DNA from: an uncultured Gammaproteobacteria bacterium
GTDB lineage: Bacteria; Patescibacteriota; Microgenomatia; CAZXEC01
Direction of reading: 5' to 3'
DNA: 64,000 nucleotides
Assembly (NCBI GenBank): GCA_964639595.1
Contig: CAZXEC010000001.1
Span: 254,498 to 318,497, forward strand
The position numbers and the translations under genes are program-made. The notes beneath the pieces were generated by a model. That model had not been told where the DNA came from and searched no databases. It saw nothing but the letters and a program-made list of their open reading frames with translations. Positions 46,035-55,506 of the stretch are shown here, in pieces. Position 1 is the stretch's first letter; each line of letters opens with the position of its first letter.

Positions 46035-47125
46035 AGATCTTAATTTTTAATTGGCGCGATATTAAAAACCCCAAGAGCGGCGGCGCCGAGATTTTGACTC
46101 ACGAGATGGCCAAAAGGTGGGTGAAAAATGGCCATCAAGTTGTCCAGCTTGCCTCAAAGTTTGCCGGAGGAGAAAATAATGAGGAGATAGATGGGGTTGA
46201 AATCATCAGACGAGGTGGACCGGTCACCGTATATTTTTGGGCCTGGTGGCTATATTCTAGGCAATTTTGCGGTCGGTTTGATGTGGTAATTGACGAAGTC
46301 CATGGTCTGCCCTTTTTTACTCCACTTTATGTCAAAGAAAAAAAAGTAGTGTTAATTTGTGAAGTGGCTCGCGAAATTTGGTTTTATATGTACCCTTGGC
46401 CGGTGGCATTATTGGGGAGGACCTTAGAATTTTTATATTTTAAGTTATATAAAAAAACACAGTTTTTAACTATCTCTCCATCAACCAAGAAAGATCTAAT
46501 TAACCAGAGCGTTGATGCTGATGCTATTACAATTTTACCAATGGGCTTGAATCTACCTGTCACTTTGCCGAACGAGGAAAAAGAAAAAAAGCTGACATTA
46601 ATTATTGTGGGCAGGCTGGCGCAGATGAAGGGGATAGACCAGGCGATTGTGGCGTTTTCTAAAATTTGCCAACAATATCCGGACGCGGTTTTTTGGATTG
46701 TGGGCAGAGGCGAAGACGCATATGTTAAAAAACTCAAAGAGTTAGTTGTCAAACTTGATTTGGCAAAGCAAGTAAAATTTTGGGGATTTGTTGCGGAAGA
46801 AGAAAAATTTTCTTTGATGGCCGGAGCCCATATCTTAGTATCTTGTTCAACACGAGAAGGTTGGGGGCTGACTGTGCCGGAAGCAGCCATGGTCAAAACA
46901 CCGTCAGTGGTTTATGATTCACCCGGTTTAAGAGATATTATTGTTTCTGGCAGGACCGGCATTATCTTGAGTAAAAATACTCCGGATGAGTTGGCTGGGG
47001 AAGTTATAAATTTGTATAGCAATCACAGATTGTATCAACAAATTCAGCAGGCTGCCTTTGGGCAAGCTGAAAAAACGACTTGGGACAAAACAGCAGCAGT
47101 TGGACTTGAGGTTCTGTTGAAATAA
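46031..47125 (+). CDS. GT4 (group 1) glycosyltransferase
   Basis: EGWGLTVPEAAMVKTPSVVYD motif. Confidence 0.8.
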   Translation: MKILIFNWRDIKNPKSGGAEILTHEMAKRWVKNGHQVVQLASKFAGGENNEEIDGVEIIRRGGPVTVYFWAWWLYSRQFCGRFDVVIDEVHGLPFFTPLYVKEKKVVLICEVAREIWFYMYPWPVALLGRTLEFLYFKLYKKTQFLTISPSTKKDLINQSVDADAITILPMGLNLPVTLPNEEKEKKLTLIIVGRLAQMKGIDQAIVAFSKICQQYPDAVFWIVGRGEDAYVKKLKELVVKLDLAKQVKFWGFVAEEEKFSLMAGAHILVSCSTREGWGLTVPEAAMVKTPSVVYDSPGLRDIIVSGRTGIILSKNTPDELAGEVINLYSNHRLYQQIQQAAFGQAEKTTWDKTAAVGLEVLLK

Positions 47126-47136
47126 CCGCTTTCAGG

Positions 47137-47165
47137 TTGACATCAGGCGGGTAATAATTTACAAT
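47137..47165 (+). promoter_or_regulatory. Candidate sigma70 promoter TTGACA-17 nt-TACAAT; the -10 element ends 8 nt before the ATG of 47174
   Basis: Read directly: ttgacatcaggcgggtaataatttacaat. Confidence 0.4.
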
Positions 47166-47173
47166 CAGGCCAC

Positions 47174-47746
47174 ATGAGCAAAATTTTAGGCTGCTTGTTT
47201 TTAACATTGCTGTTATCTGTCATTACAATTTATCCGGCTCTAGCCCAAATCCCGAAAGCCACCTCTACCCAGACGATATCACCAGTTAAAATTAACTCTT
47301 ACGAATTATTTTATCCAATTGTAGCCGGCATCACCGAAGGCGATTTTTGGTATAATTTAAAGCTGTTAAGAGAAGCCATTGCCGAAAAATTAACTTTTGG
47401 AGATATCAAAAAAGCCGATTATCATCTGATCTTATCAAAAAAACGTTTAGTTGAAGCGGAAAAACTATTACTGGTTAAAAAAGATTTGGCAAATGCTAAA
47501 AAAACTTTAGAAAAATCAACTCGAGAGCTAAAAACTGCCCTATCTTTGGCACAAACAGCTCAAGAGAAGGGTAAGAAAGTCAAAGACCTTTACCAGGCAA
47601 TTTCCAGTGAGGCATCAAAAGAAGTGTTATTCCTAGCCTCCCTTAAAGCCCAACTGCAACCGGATTGGCAAGACCCAGTGCAGAAAGCCCAAGAAGCGGC
47701 CGGCTCGGTAATTGCCGAGATCCAGGTAATTAACATTAACCAGTAA
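47174..47746 (+). CDS. Secreted coiled-coil protein (signal peptide), function unknown
   Basis: MSKILGCLFLTLLLSVITIYPALA signal peptide, then a Lys/Glu/Ala-rich helical region. Confidence 0.5.
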   Translation: MSKILGCLFLTLLLSVITIYPALAQIPKATSTQTISPVKINSYELFYPIVAGITEGDFWYNLKLLREAIAEKLTFGDIKKADYHLILSKKRLVEAEKLLLVKKDLANAKKTLEKSTRELKTALSLAQTAQEKGKKVKDLYQAISSEASKEVLFLASLKAQLQPDWQDPVQKAQEAAGSVIAEIQVININQ

Positions 47747-47796
47747 TACTTATTTCAGCTTCATTTAGTTTTCTTAAGAGAATTATTCCAAGATGT

Positions 47797-48693
47797 ATGC
47801 TTTTTAAATTCGCCAGGCTTTTATTAATTTGTGCTTCTTTTGCTTTCCTTTTTCTTAATCTGCTTAGTAATTGGCAACAGGCCAAACTAACACTGACTAC
47901 GATCGACAGCTGGTATTTACTATTATCGTTTATGTCAATTTTCCCGGTGTTTGTGTTGGCTGGGGTGTCTTGGCATCTAGTAATCAGGCAGCTGGGAGGA
48001 ATAAGTGTACTTCACGACAATTTACCAATCTGGATTCAAGCTAATCTAACTCGATATGTTCCCGGTGCAATTTGGCAATATCTAAGTAAGTTTTATGTAT
48101 CTGTTCAGTCTGGTCTATCTAGAGCCGTAGCACTGGCTGCGCTGGTTTTGGAGATTGTTTTCGTGATAATTGCCGCCGGTTTATTATCAATTCTTTTTGT
48201 TCCGTGGCAAGAGATGGGAATTGATGCAGGAATTATTTGGATTTTGGCGCCGTTGGCGGTTTTACCAATTTTTTCCCAGCCAATTTTTAGTGTGGTGGTA
48301 AATTTAATTAAAAAAGTTCTTCGAATTGATATTTCAGGAAAAATTAATTGGCCATGGGAAGCATCTTTAAAAATCTTGCCTTTATATATCCTCAATTTCC
48401 TCTTGAATGGATTATCACTGGTTTTCCTTATATACGCTTTTGGCTATTTGTCGGAAATTTCATTTTGGCAGGTGGTGGGAATTTTTAGCCTGTCTTGGCT
48501 GATTGGTTATTTAACTGTTTTTGCTCCGGCAGGTTTGGGAGTGACAGAGGTATCGCTGGCGTATTTATTGTCGTTTTTTATACCTTTTCCCTCTGCTGTT
48601 TTAATATCAATTATTTTTAGATTGCTTTTGATTGTGGCAGAGGTGAGCACTTTTATGTTAGTCTTTGCCGCAAGGAGCTGGAAGTTGTTTTAA
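47797..48693 (+). CDS. Membrane protein with a lysylphosphatidylglycerol-synthase-TM-like (UPF0104, flippase-like) domain
   Basis: 298 aa and about 8 TM helices. It sits next to a GT2 gene, as is common for this family. Confidence 0.45.
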   Translation: MLFKFARLLLICASFAFLFLNLLSNWQQAKLTLTTIDSWYLLLSFMSIFPVFVLAGVSWHLVIRQLGGISVLHDNLPIWIQANLTRYVPGAIWQYLSKFYVSVQSGLSRAVALAALVLEIVFVIIAAGLLSILFVPWQEMGIDAGIIWILAPLAVLPIFSQPIFSVVVNLIKKVLRIDISGKINWPWEASLKILPLYILNFLLNGLSLVFLIYAFGYLSEISFWQVVGIFSLSWLIGYLTVFAPAGLGVTEVSLAYLLSFFIPFPSAVLISIIFRLLLIVAEVSTFMLVFAARSWKLF

Positions 48694-49364
48694 TGCATAA
48701 AGGGCTAACCATCTCGATAGTAATTCCTTGTTTTAATGAGGAAAAGGGAATAGCCGGTGTTCTCAAATCGATCCCTAGGCAAGTAGATGAAATTATAGTA
48801 GTTGATAATAATTCTACAGATGCTACTGCTCAAGTTGCCAGGGAACATGGCGCCAAAGTTATCAAAGAAACCAAACAGGGTTATGGGGCAGCCATCAAAG
48901 CGGGTTTGGCTCGGGTAAAAACAGACCTGGTAGTGGCAGTGGATGGTGATGCCACTTATCCTATTGACCAGACAGTTGCGATTGTTAATTTTATGTTAAA
49001 GAATAAGGCTGATTTTGTTTCCTGTGACCGCTTCTCCAAACCCGCCAATTCCATGAACTGGAAAAATTGGTTGGGAAATAAGATTCTGACCCTGGCAACG
49101 CGGATGTTATTTGGCTTTCCAGTCCAGGATTCTCAATCAGGGATGTGGATTTTCCGAAATGCCGTGGTGCCTTTTATGAGGCTGACTTCCGACGGCATGA
49201 GCTTGTCGGAAGAGATAAAACTGGAAGCTTTCAGGCATCCGCAAATCAGTTTTCTGGAATACCCGATTGACTATTATGCCAGAGTAGGCAGTAGTAAACT
49301 GAATCTCTGGAGAGATGGGTTTGGCAATTTGCTGTTTCTTTTTACCAAAAAGCTGTCTTTTTGA
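48693..49364 (+). CDS. GT2 glycosyltransferase (Dpm1-like)
   Basis: LTISIVIPCFNEEKGI ... IIVVDNNSTDAT and AVDGD. Confidence 0.8.
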   Translation: MHKGLTISIVIPCFNEEKGIAGVLKSIPRQVDEIIVVDNNSTDATAQVAREHGAKVIKETKQGYGAAIKAGLARVKTDLVVAVDGDATYPIDQTVAIVNFMLKNKADFVSCDRFSKPANSMNWKNWLGNKILTLATRMLFGFPVQDSQSGMWIFRNAVVPFMRLTSDGMSLSEEIKLEAFRHPQISFLEYPIDYYARVGSSKLNLWRDGFGNLLFLFTKKLSF

Positions 49365-49403
49365 GCGCTCTTGTAGTTTCTAGACAGTGTTTTCAGATAT
49401 ACT

Positions 49404-51557
49404 ATGAATATTAAAATGGCCTCGCTTGTTGCTGAATTACGGGCTCGGTATATCTGGATTATTCCAGCTATTTTTTTGGCCGTCGGCTTTTACACTAATA
49501 GCCACTATGGCATCAATTGGGATGAATCACAACATTTTGCCAGAGGATCAGCCTATTTACACCTGTTTTTAACTGGCAAGACCGACTACGGCAACTTGCC
49601 GTATACGCCGCCGCCTAAAGGTCCATCGGAATACGGTAATATAAGGGGAGCTCAACAGCTGCAGGAAAAACTGCAAAAAAATCCTCAGTTGACCACTAAT
49701 AATTTTAGGCGCAGTTATTATCAGCACGACTCCTGGAACGGTAAATATTATTTGGAAAATGATAGCGGCCATCCGCCGCTGAACGGTATTTTGGCAGCCT
49801 TGACCAATTATATCTTCTATCAAAAATTAGGTATTATATCTGATCTGGATGCCTATCACATGTTCGGCATAATTTTGGCATCATCGCTAGTACTGGCGGT
49901 GGGATTATTCACTAGGCATTTTTTTGGGATCTTTGCCGGGATTATTGCTCAAATCTCGCTTAGTTTATATCCGGTTTTTTTAGGCGAGCTGCATTTTAAC
50001 ATTAAAGATCCGCCTGAAGCTGCTTTCTATGCCTTCTGTGTGATGTCATTCGCGATGGGGATGACTAAAAAAAGCTGGAGGTGGATTATTTTATCGGCAA
50101 TTTTTTTTGGAATGGCGCTGGGGACAAAATTTAATATCCTGTTTGCGCCATTGATCATAATTCCTTGGCTGGCAATTTTCTTGTTCGAACCTTTAGGGTC
50201 ATCGATTAGTAAATGGTGGATTTCGATATGGAGTAAGATTAATGGGAAAATTGTGTTGGCGTTTTTAGCATATCCGGTGATTGTTTTGGCGATATTTTTT
50301 GGCACTTGGCCGTTTTTGTGGCAATCGCCAATGGAAAATTTTGCCAAAATTGTCCAATATTACATCATTGAAGGAACAACAGCTGTTTATCAGCCGGCTT
50401 TTGTACTGGCTAATGGTTGGAACAGTTATGCTATCAAGTATATTATTTGGACGACGCCACTGGCCATTTTATTTTTAGCCTCCTTGGGTATTACCAGATC
50501 ATTGTATTTGATTTGGAGGGATAAAAGTCATATTTCGCTACTGGTGCTTTTGTGGCTGGCGGTACCAATTTTAAGAGTGTCTTATCCCCATACCACGATC
50601 TATGGCGGAATTAGGCATATCATGGAATATATTCCGGCCTTGGTGATTTTGGCCGGCTTGGGCGCTTCAGTTCTCTTACAATTTGCCCATTGTATCATGG
50701 CCAAACTTAACATATTAGAGCCTGTCAAGTTAAACAAAGTTTTCTATGCGGTTATCATTGTTGCTTTTGTTCCAACTCTTGTCACCATGATTAGTATCCA
50801 TCCCAATGAGAATGTTTACTTTAATTCCATAATCGGCTTGAAAGGGGCATATCAGAAGGATATCCCCGGATGGGGCAGTAGTTATGGCAATACTTATCAG
50901 CAGGGTGTTGATTGGTTGAATAAATATGCTCCTGTCAATTCACGGGTAGGTTTGGTAACCGGAACCATGGTTAACGTGCCAAGAATTAGATTTCGTTCCG
51001 ATATAGAATTTAATAATTTATCATGGAGTGGACCTTTTCAAAAAGGTGAATATATGATGGATATGTATTACTATCAATTTCCGATCCGCTCTTATGCTTT
51101 GGAGTTTTTAGAGAAATATTTGACTCCTGTATATGAGGTAAAAGTAGATGGCGTGACCATTTTTAAGATCTGGAAAAACGATCGGCAACACACTAGGGCA
51201 GAATATCTGAAAAAAACCGTTGAGTATCCGGCTCAAGTATCCAAACAGGACGACAACTTACTCTTAACTTTAACAGAACCGATTCCGCTGACTAAAATTG
51301 ACCTGGCATTTAGTAATCAATTTTGTGAAAAGTTGGCAAACGGGACTGTGTATATATCCCCAGATGGTGTCAAATGGGAAAGTCAAGCAGAGCCCACATC
51401 AGAATTGCAAGTAACCATGGATATTGAACCTAAAGACAGAAGACTGGTTTATTTATTTGCGTCAAAAAATGCCAAGTATATCAAAGTTGATCCGCGTAAC
51501 AAAAATTCTTGCCTTTTCACCATCAATCAAGTCCGTGTTTTTGGCTTTGAAAAGTAA
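49404..51557 (+). CDS. GT-C-type polytopic membrane glycosyltransferase with a C-terminal beta-sandwich (discoidin-like?) domain
   Basis: 717 aa with an N-terminal multi-TM region. The C-terminal ~150 aa are hydrophilic and end in ...CLFTINQVRVFGFEK. Confidence 0.45.
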   Translation: MNIKMASLVAELRARYIWIIPAIFLAVGFYTNSHYGINWDESQHFARGSAYLHLFLTGKTDYGNLPYTPPPKGPSEYGNIRGAQQLQEKLQKNPQLTTNNFRRSYYQHDSWNGKYYLENDSGHPPLNGILAALTNYIFYQKLGIISDLDAYHMFGIILASSLVLAVGLFTRHFFGIFAGIIAQISLSLYPVFLGELHFNIKDPPEAAFYAFCVMSFAMGMTKKSWRWIILSAIFFGMALGTKFNILFAPLIIIPWLAIFLFEPLGSSISKWWISIWSKINGKIVLAFLAYPVIVLAIFFGTWPFLWQSPMENFAKIVQYYIIEGTTAVYQPAFVLANGWNSYAIKYIIWTTPLAILFLASLGITRSLYLIWRDKSHISLLVLLWLAVPILRVSYPHTTIYGGIRHIMEYIPALVILAGLGASVLLQFAHCIMAKLNILEPVKLNKVFYAVIIVAFVPTLVTMISIHPNENVYFNSIIGLKGAYQKDIPGWGSSYGNTYQQGVDWLNKYAPVNSRVGLVTGTMVNVPRIRFRSDIEFNNLSWSGPFQKGEYMMDMYYYQFPIRSYALEFLEKYLTPVYEVKVDGVTIFKIWKNDRQHTRAEYLKKTVEYPAQVSKQDDNLLLTLTEPIPLTKIDLAFSNQFCEKLANGTVYISPDGVKWESQAEPTSELQVTMDIEPKDRRLVYLFASKNAKYIKVDPRNKNSCLFTINQVRVFGFEK

Positions 51558-51563
51558 CATATC

Positions 51564-53150
51564 ATGACAGTATTTCAAAAAAACGCCGCCATTGGTCTTT
51601 TCTTGCTCTCTTTGTTTTATCATTTGTTAATTTTATTAAATTCCCAGATTACTTTCTTTTCCGATGATGCTATTTATGCCACCATTGCTCAATATGCAAT
51701 TAGTGGGCACTGGGATCGGGTGATTCACCCTTTCTGGCCCCCGTTTTATCCTTTGCTTTCCGGCGTTGCTTATTATTTTTTAGGCAATTGGGAAAATTCT
51801 TTACGAATAATATCAGTTGCATCTGCTATTTTTTCAATAATTCCCATCGTCTATCTGGCAGCCAAGACTATGTCTTTCTGGCATGGATATTTATTAGGGA
51901 TATTCTTATCTGTCTCCTCACCCCTTTTAGGATTGTCGCTTTTACCGCTGTCTGACCCTTTGGCAGCTTTATTTATCACTTGGGCCCTAGTGCTGATATT
52001 TTTCGCATTTGCAAATCAGCGCCCAATATTATTTGTCACAGCATCAGCTTCCTTGGGCTTGGCTTATTTGACCAGGTCAGAGGGAATGATGTTTTTTATT
52101 TTATCTCTTGCGGGTTTGCTGATTGTTTCTGCCTGGCAGTTTTTTTCCAAACAACAAGCTTGGAGGTTAATTTCTTTAAACGTTTTGGGATTGACTATTC
52201 CATTTCTGTTGATTATTGCTCCCTATGTGCTGGCAGTCTCACATCAGATGCAACAATTGTCCTTTTCCGCCAAACTATCTGCCCAAGTTCAAATGGGACA
52301 TGCCTTTCAGATTCGTGATAATGGTCGAGTTTGGGCGCAGGAGATTTGGTCGGTTGAGCCAAATTATTCATCGGAATACTTTCATGGCGGCCAAGATTTT
52401 TTGCTGGAAAATATTGATTATTTTTGGTGGTGGGCAGGTCAAAAGATATCCTCCTTGGTGGTTTTGCTGAATCAATATTTCTCGCCGGCATTTGGGGTGA
52501 TGGTCGCTTTGGCCATCTTGACCACACTCACCTTGAGATGTTTTGTCATCAGTCATTTAGTCTTATTGCTGACATTATTTTCAGCTGCTGCCACAACAGC
52601 CTTCTTTACTCCAATTATTGAAGCGAGGTATTTATTATGGCTTTTCCCATTTGTGTCTTTTTATATAGTTTTAGGTATCCATAACTTAAGCGCAATGCTT
52701 ACTGGCAGGAACTCCCCAAAAATAGGAATTGTTTTATCTGCCATAATTTTGGCTTTATTACCGGTGATGGATTGGCATAATATTCTGAATCCTATTTCAC
52801 AAGTAGCTGCCAAAGTTGAAAAAGAGCGCTATCATCCGGAAATTAGCGATGCTGCTTGGTGGATTAGGCAACAATCTTTTGCCAATACTCCAATTGTGAT
52901 GATGAGGCACGAGAATGTGGCTTATTATTCGGGTTCTAAACTGGTCTATTTGCCACAGGTTGATTTGGAGCAGGCTGTCAATTATGCCAAGAGGCATCAT
53001 GTCAATTTTATTATTGCTTGGAACGCGGAAATAGAAGGTGATCCCAAGTTATCTGTTCTGCTTGACCCCCAACAGGTAGAAGGCAGTTTGAAATTAGAAA
53101 AGAGTTGGGACTATCCCACTGGTAAAGTCAGAATTTATTCCATCAATTAG
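51564..53150 (+). CDS. GT-C-type polytopic membrane glycosyltransferase (PMT/ArnT-like)
   Basis: 528 aa with a FFSDDAIYATIAQ DD-loop motif and multiple TM helices. Confidence 0.45.
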   Translation: MTVFQKNAAIGLFLLSLFYHLLILLNSQITFFSDDAIYATIAQYAISGHWDRVIHPFWPPFYPLLSGVAYYFLGNWENSLRIISVASAIFSIIPIVYLAAKTMSFWHGYLLGIFLSVSSPLLGLSLLPLSDPLAALFITWALVLIFFAFANQRPILFVTASASLGLAYLTRSEGMMFFILSLAGLLIVSAWQFFSKQQAWRLISLNVLGLTIPFLLIIAPYVLAVSHQMQQLSFSAKLSAQVQMGHAFQIRDNGRVWAQEIWSVEPNYSSEYFHGGQDFLLENIDYFWWWAGQKISSLVVLLNQYFSPAFGVMVALAILTTLTLRCFVISHLVLLLTLFSAAATTAFFTPIIEARYLLWLFPFVSFYIVLGIHNLSAMLTGRNSPKIGIVLSAIILALLPVMDWHNILNPISQVAAKVEKERYHPEISDAAWWIRQQSFANTPIVMMRHENVAYYSGSKLVYLPQVDLEQAVNYAKRHHVNFIIAWNAEIEGDPKLSVLLDPQQVEGSLKLEKSWDYPTGKVRIYSIN

Positions 53151-53154
53151 ATTA

Positions 53155-54186
53155 TTAGTTTGCCTCTTTGATGGAGTATTCCTGGTCATGTCGACGGTTG
53201 GAGTGAATGACTATTTCTGCCAGCAGTCCGGTCAGTATTAATTGGATGCCTCCTAGTACCAGCAGGCCGCCTAAAAACAATAGCGGATAGCGATATTCGA
53301 TGGTGCCGGTAGTCAGGCGTAGATAAGTAATATAAAGACCGATGGCAAACCCTATTGAAAATATCACCAAACCTATCCTGCCAAAAAATTGACCAGGCTT
53401 ATTGACGAATCCTGATAGAAAAAGGACTGTCAGGAAATCAAGAAAGCCAACCAGCATTCTGCCCCAACCGTATTTTGATTTACCGAATTGTCTGTGGCGG
53501 TGATTGATTTCCACTTCAGCAATGGAAAAACCTTTTTGGTGAGCCAAAACCGGAATAAACCGGTGAAGTTCGCCATAAACCTGGATGGATTTTACTACTT
53601 CTCGCCTGTAGGCTTTGAACCCGCAATTAAAATCATGCAGTTTGATGCCGGTCAGGCCGGAGGTGATTTTATTAAATATCCAGGACGGTAGAGTTTTTGA
53701 TATGGGATCATGACGCCTTTTTTTCCAGCCAGATACCAGATCAGAACCGGCTTTGATCTTATCCAGAAATAGCGGTAATGAGGCCGGGTCGTCTTGTAGG
53801 TCCCCATCCATGGTGATCACAGTATTTCCCCAGGCCTGGGAAAACCCGGCCGACAGGGCCGCTGATTTACCGAAATTACGACGAAAGGTGATTATTTTAA
53901 TGATGTCAGGCTGCTCGGCATGTAGTTGCTTTAGAGTCAGAGGCGTATTATCACTTGACCCGTCATCAATGAAGACTATCTCATAGTTTTTATGAACATT
54001 TGAGGCTGATTTTGCTATTTCATCCACCAACTGCCGGAGAGATTGGGCTTCGTTCAAAACCGGGATTATAAACGATAAGTCCAGATCACTATTGCTTGAT
54101 TTTTGCTTGTTCATAGGGTATACCTGATATGGTCCATTTATACCTTTTTTAAGGCTAAAAAACAACCTGGACTTACCCGACCTCAT
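53155..54186 (-). CDS. GT2 polyprenol-phosphate glycosyltransferase with a C-terminal TM anchor (GtrB/ArnC-like)
   Basis: LSFIIPVLNEAQSL ... IVFIDDGSSDNT and TMDGDLQDD, plus 2-3 C-terminal TM helices. The likely true start is the Met at 54114 (MNKQKSS...). Confidence 0.8.
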   Translation of the reverse strand: MRSGKSRLFFSLKKGINGPYQVYPMNKQKSSNSDLDLSFIIPVLNEAQSLRQLVDEIAKSASNVHKNYEIVFIDDGSSDNTPLTLKQLHAEQPDIIKIITFRRNFGKSAALSAGFSQAWGNTVITMDGDLQDDPASLPLFLDKIKAGSDLVSGWKKRRHDPISKTLPSWIFNKITSGLTGIKLHDFNCGFKAYRREVVKSIQVYGELHRFIPVLAHQKGFSIAEVEINHRHRQFGKSKYGWGRMLVGFLDFLTVLFLSGFVNKPGQFFGRIGLVIFSIGFAIGLYITYLRLTTGTIEYRYPLLFLGGLLVLGGIQLILTGLLAEIVIHSNRRHDQEYSIKEAN

Positions 54187-54278
54187 TAAATCAGTTTTTG
54201 ACTAAACTTTAAGATTAAAGGATTGACACTTTGATTTGACTCAGTGTTAATCCTGAACCAACAAAGAGAGTCGAAGGA

Positions 54279-54307
54279 TTGACAATAAGCGGCAGGTAGG
54301 CTATATT
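54279..54307 (+). promoter_or_regulatory. Near-consensus sigma70 promoter TTGACA-17 nt-TATATT upstream of the epimerase gene. An 11-nt direct repeat AAGGATTGACA is present twice (54218-54228 and 54274-54284)
   Basis: Read directly in the divergent intergenic region 54187-54336. Confidence 0.45.
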
Positions 54308-54336
54308 TTGGCTCAAGCTAAAAGAAGATATCTAAT

Positions 54337-55491
54337 ATGGAACAGCCGATCAGAAAACGAGTTGTTATAACAGGCGGTGCAGGACTGGTGGGTACGGAAT
54401 GTTGCAGGTTATTTGCAGACAGGGACTGGGAAGTAATTTCTGTAGATAACTACTTAAGAGGCCATTTTTTCGGCGAAGAAGGATCCACCCGTGATAACAT
54501 TGACGATACCCTGAAAGTCTATCCTAATATCCGTCACATAGAGGGTGATATCAGGGATAATTTTTTGATGACTGAAGTAATCCGCGGTTGTGATGCGGTT
54601 ATCCACACGGCATCTCAACCATCTCATCCCCGCTCTATTGAAATTCCACTGGAGGATTTTTCCGTTAATGCCAGTGGCACGCTTAACCTGCTGGAAATTA
54701 CCAGACAGCAGGCGCCGCGGGCGGTTTTTATATTTTGCTCATCAGATAAAGTGTATGGAGAGAATTCCAACCTGCCGGTAGTCGAAAAAGCCACCAGGTA
54801 TGACTACATTGATCGTGATGGGATCGATGAAACAATGACTATTGACCAAACTATTCATACCCCTTTTGGCGTTTCTAAAGTCGCCGGTGATTTATATACC
54901 CAGGAATATGCTAAATTGTATGGGTTGACTGCCGGTGTTTTTAGAATGGGTTGTATTACCGGCGCTAGTGCCAAAGCAGTAGAGTTGCATAATTGGGAAC
55001 CGCATTTTATCAAGAAAAATATGAGTGGAGAAACTCTTAATATTTTTGGTTTTGGCGGTAAACAGGTCAGAGATGTAATTCACGCCAGAGACCTGGCGCT
55101 ATTATTTTGGGAATTTGTCCAGAGTCCCAGAAGAGGAGAAGTTTATAATGTGGGCGGAGGAAGAAAAAATTCCATATCACTGCTGGAGTCTTTTGATCTA
55201 ATTGAGAGTATTACCGGCAAGAAAATGAAATGGCAACTAAAAGAAGCCAGGGAAGGCGACCATCAGGTTTATATTAGTGATATTTCCAAAGTTAAGAGCC
55301 ATTATCCCAATTGGGATATTAGAATTGGCCTGCCAGAAATTTTCCGTGATATCTATAATGCTTTACTCAAAAAACAGGCAGACCATCAAATGCCTACCAC
55401 CCAACAAAACGGCCAAATTAAACCAGAAGGCGGTACTGTCAACATCACTATCCACCTTAATGGCCTCAAGCCTGAAATCTCTGTCCATTAA
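54337..55491 (+). CDS. NAD-dependent sugar-nucleotide epimerase/dehydratase (SDR family)
   Basis: VVITGGAGLVGTEC Rossmann motif and a catalytic S ... YxxxK region (SSDKVYG ... YGVSKVAGD). Confidence 0.85.
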   Translation: MEQPIRKRVVITGGAGLVGTECCRLFADRDWEVISVDNYLRGHFFGEEGSTRDNIDDTLKVYPNIRHIEGDIRDNFLMTEVIRGCDAVIHTASQPSHPRSIEIPLEDFSVNASGTLNLLEITRQQAPRAVFIFCSSDKVYGENSNLPVVEKATRYDYIDRDGIDETMTIDQTIHTPFGVSKVAGDLYTQEYAKLYGLTAGVFRMGCITGASAKAVELHNWEPHFIKKNMSGETLNIFGFGGKQVRDVIHARDLALLFWEFVQSPRRGEVYNVGGGRKNSISLLESFDLIESITGKKMKWQLKEAREGDHQVYISDISKVKSHYPNWDIRIGLPEIFRDIYNALLKKQADHQMPTTQQNGQIKPEGGTVNITIHLNGLKPEISVH

Positions 55492-55506
55492 ATTCAGCAG
55501 ATAGTT

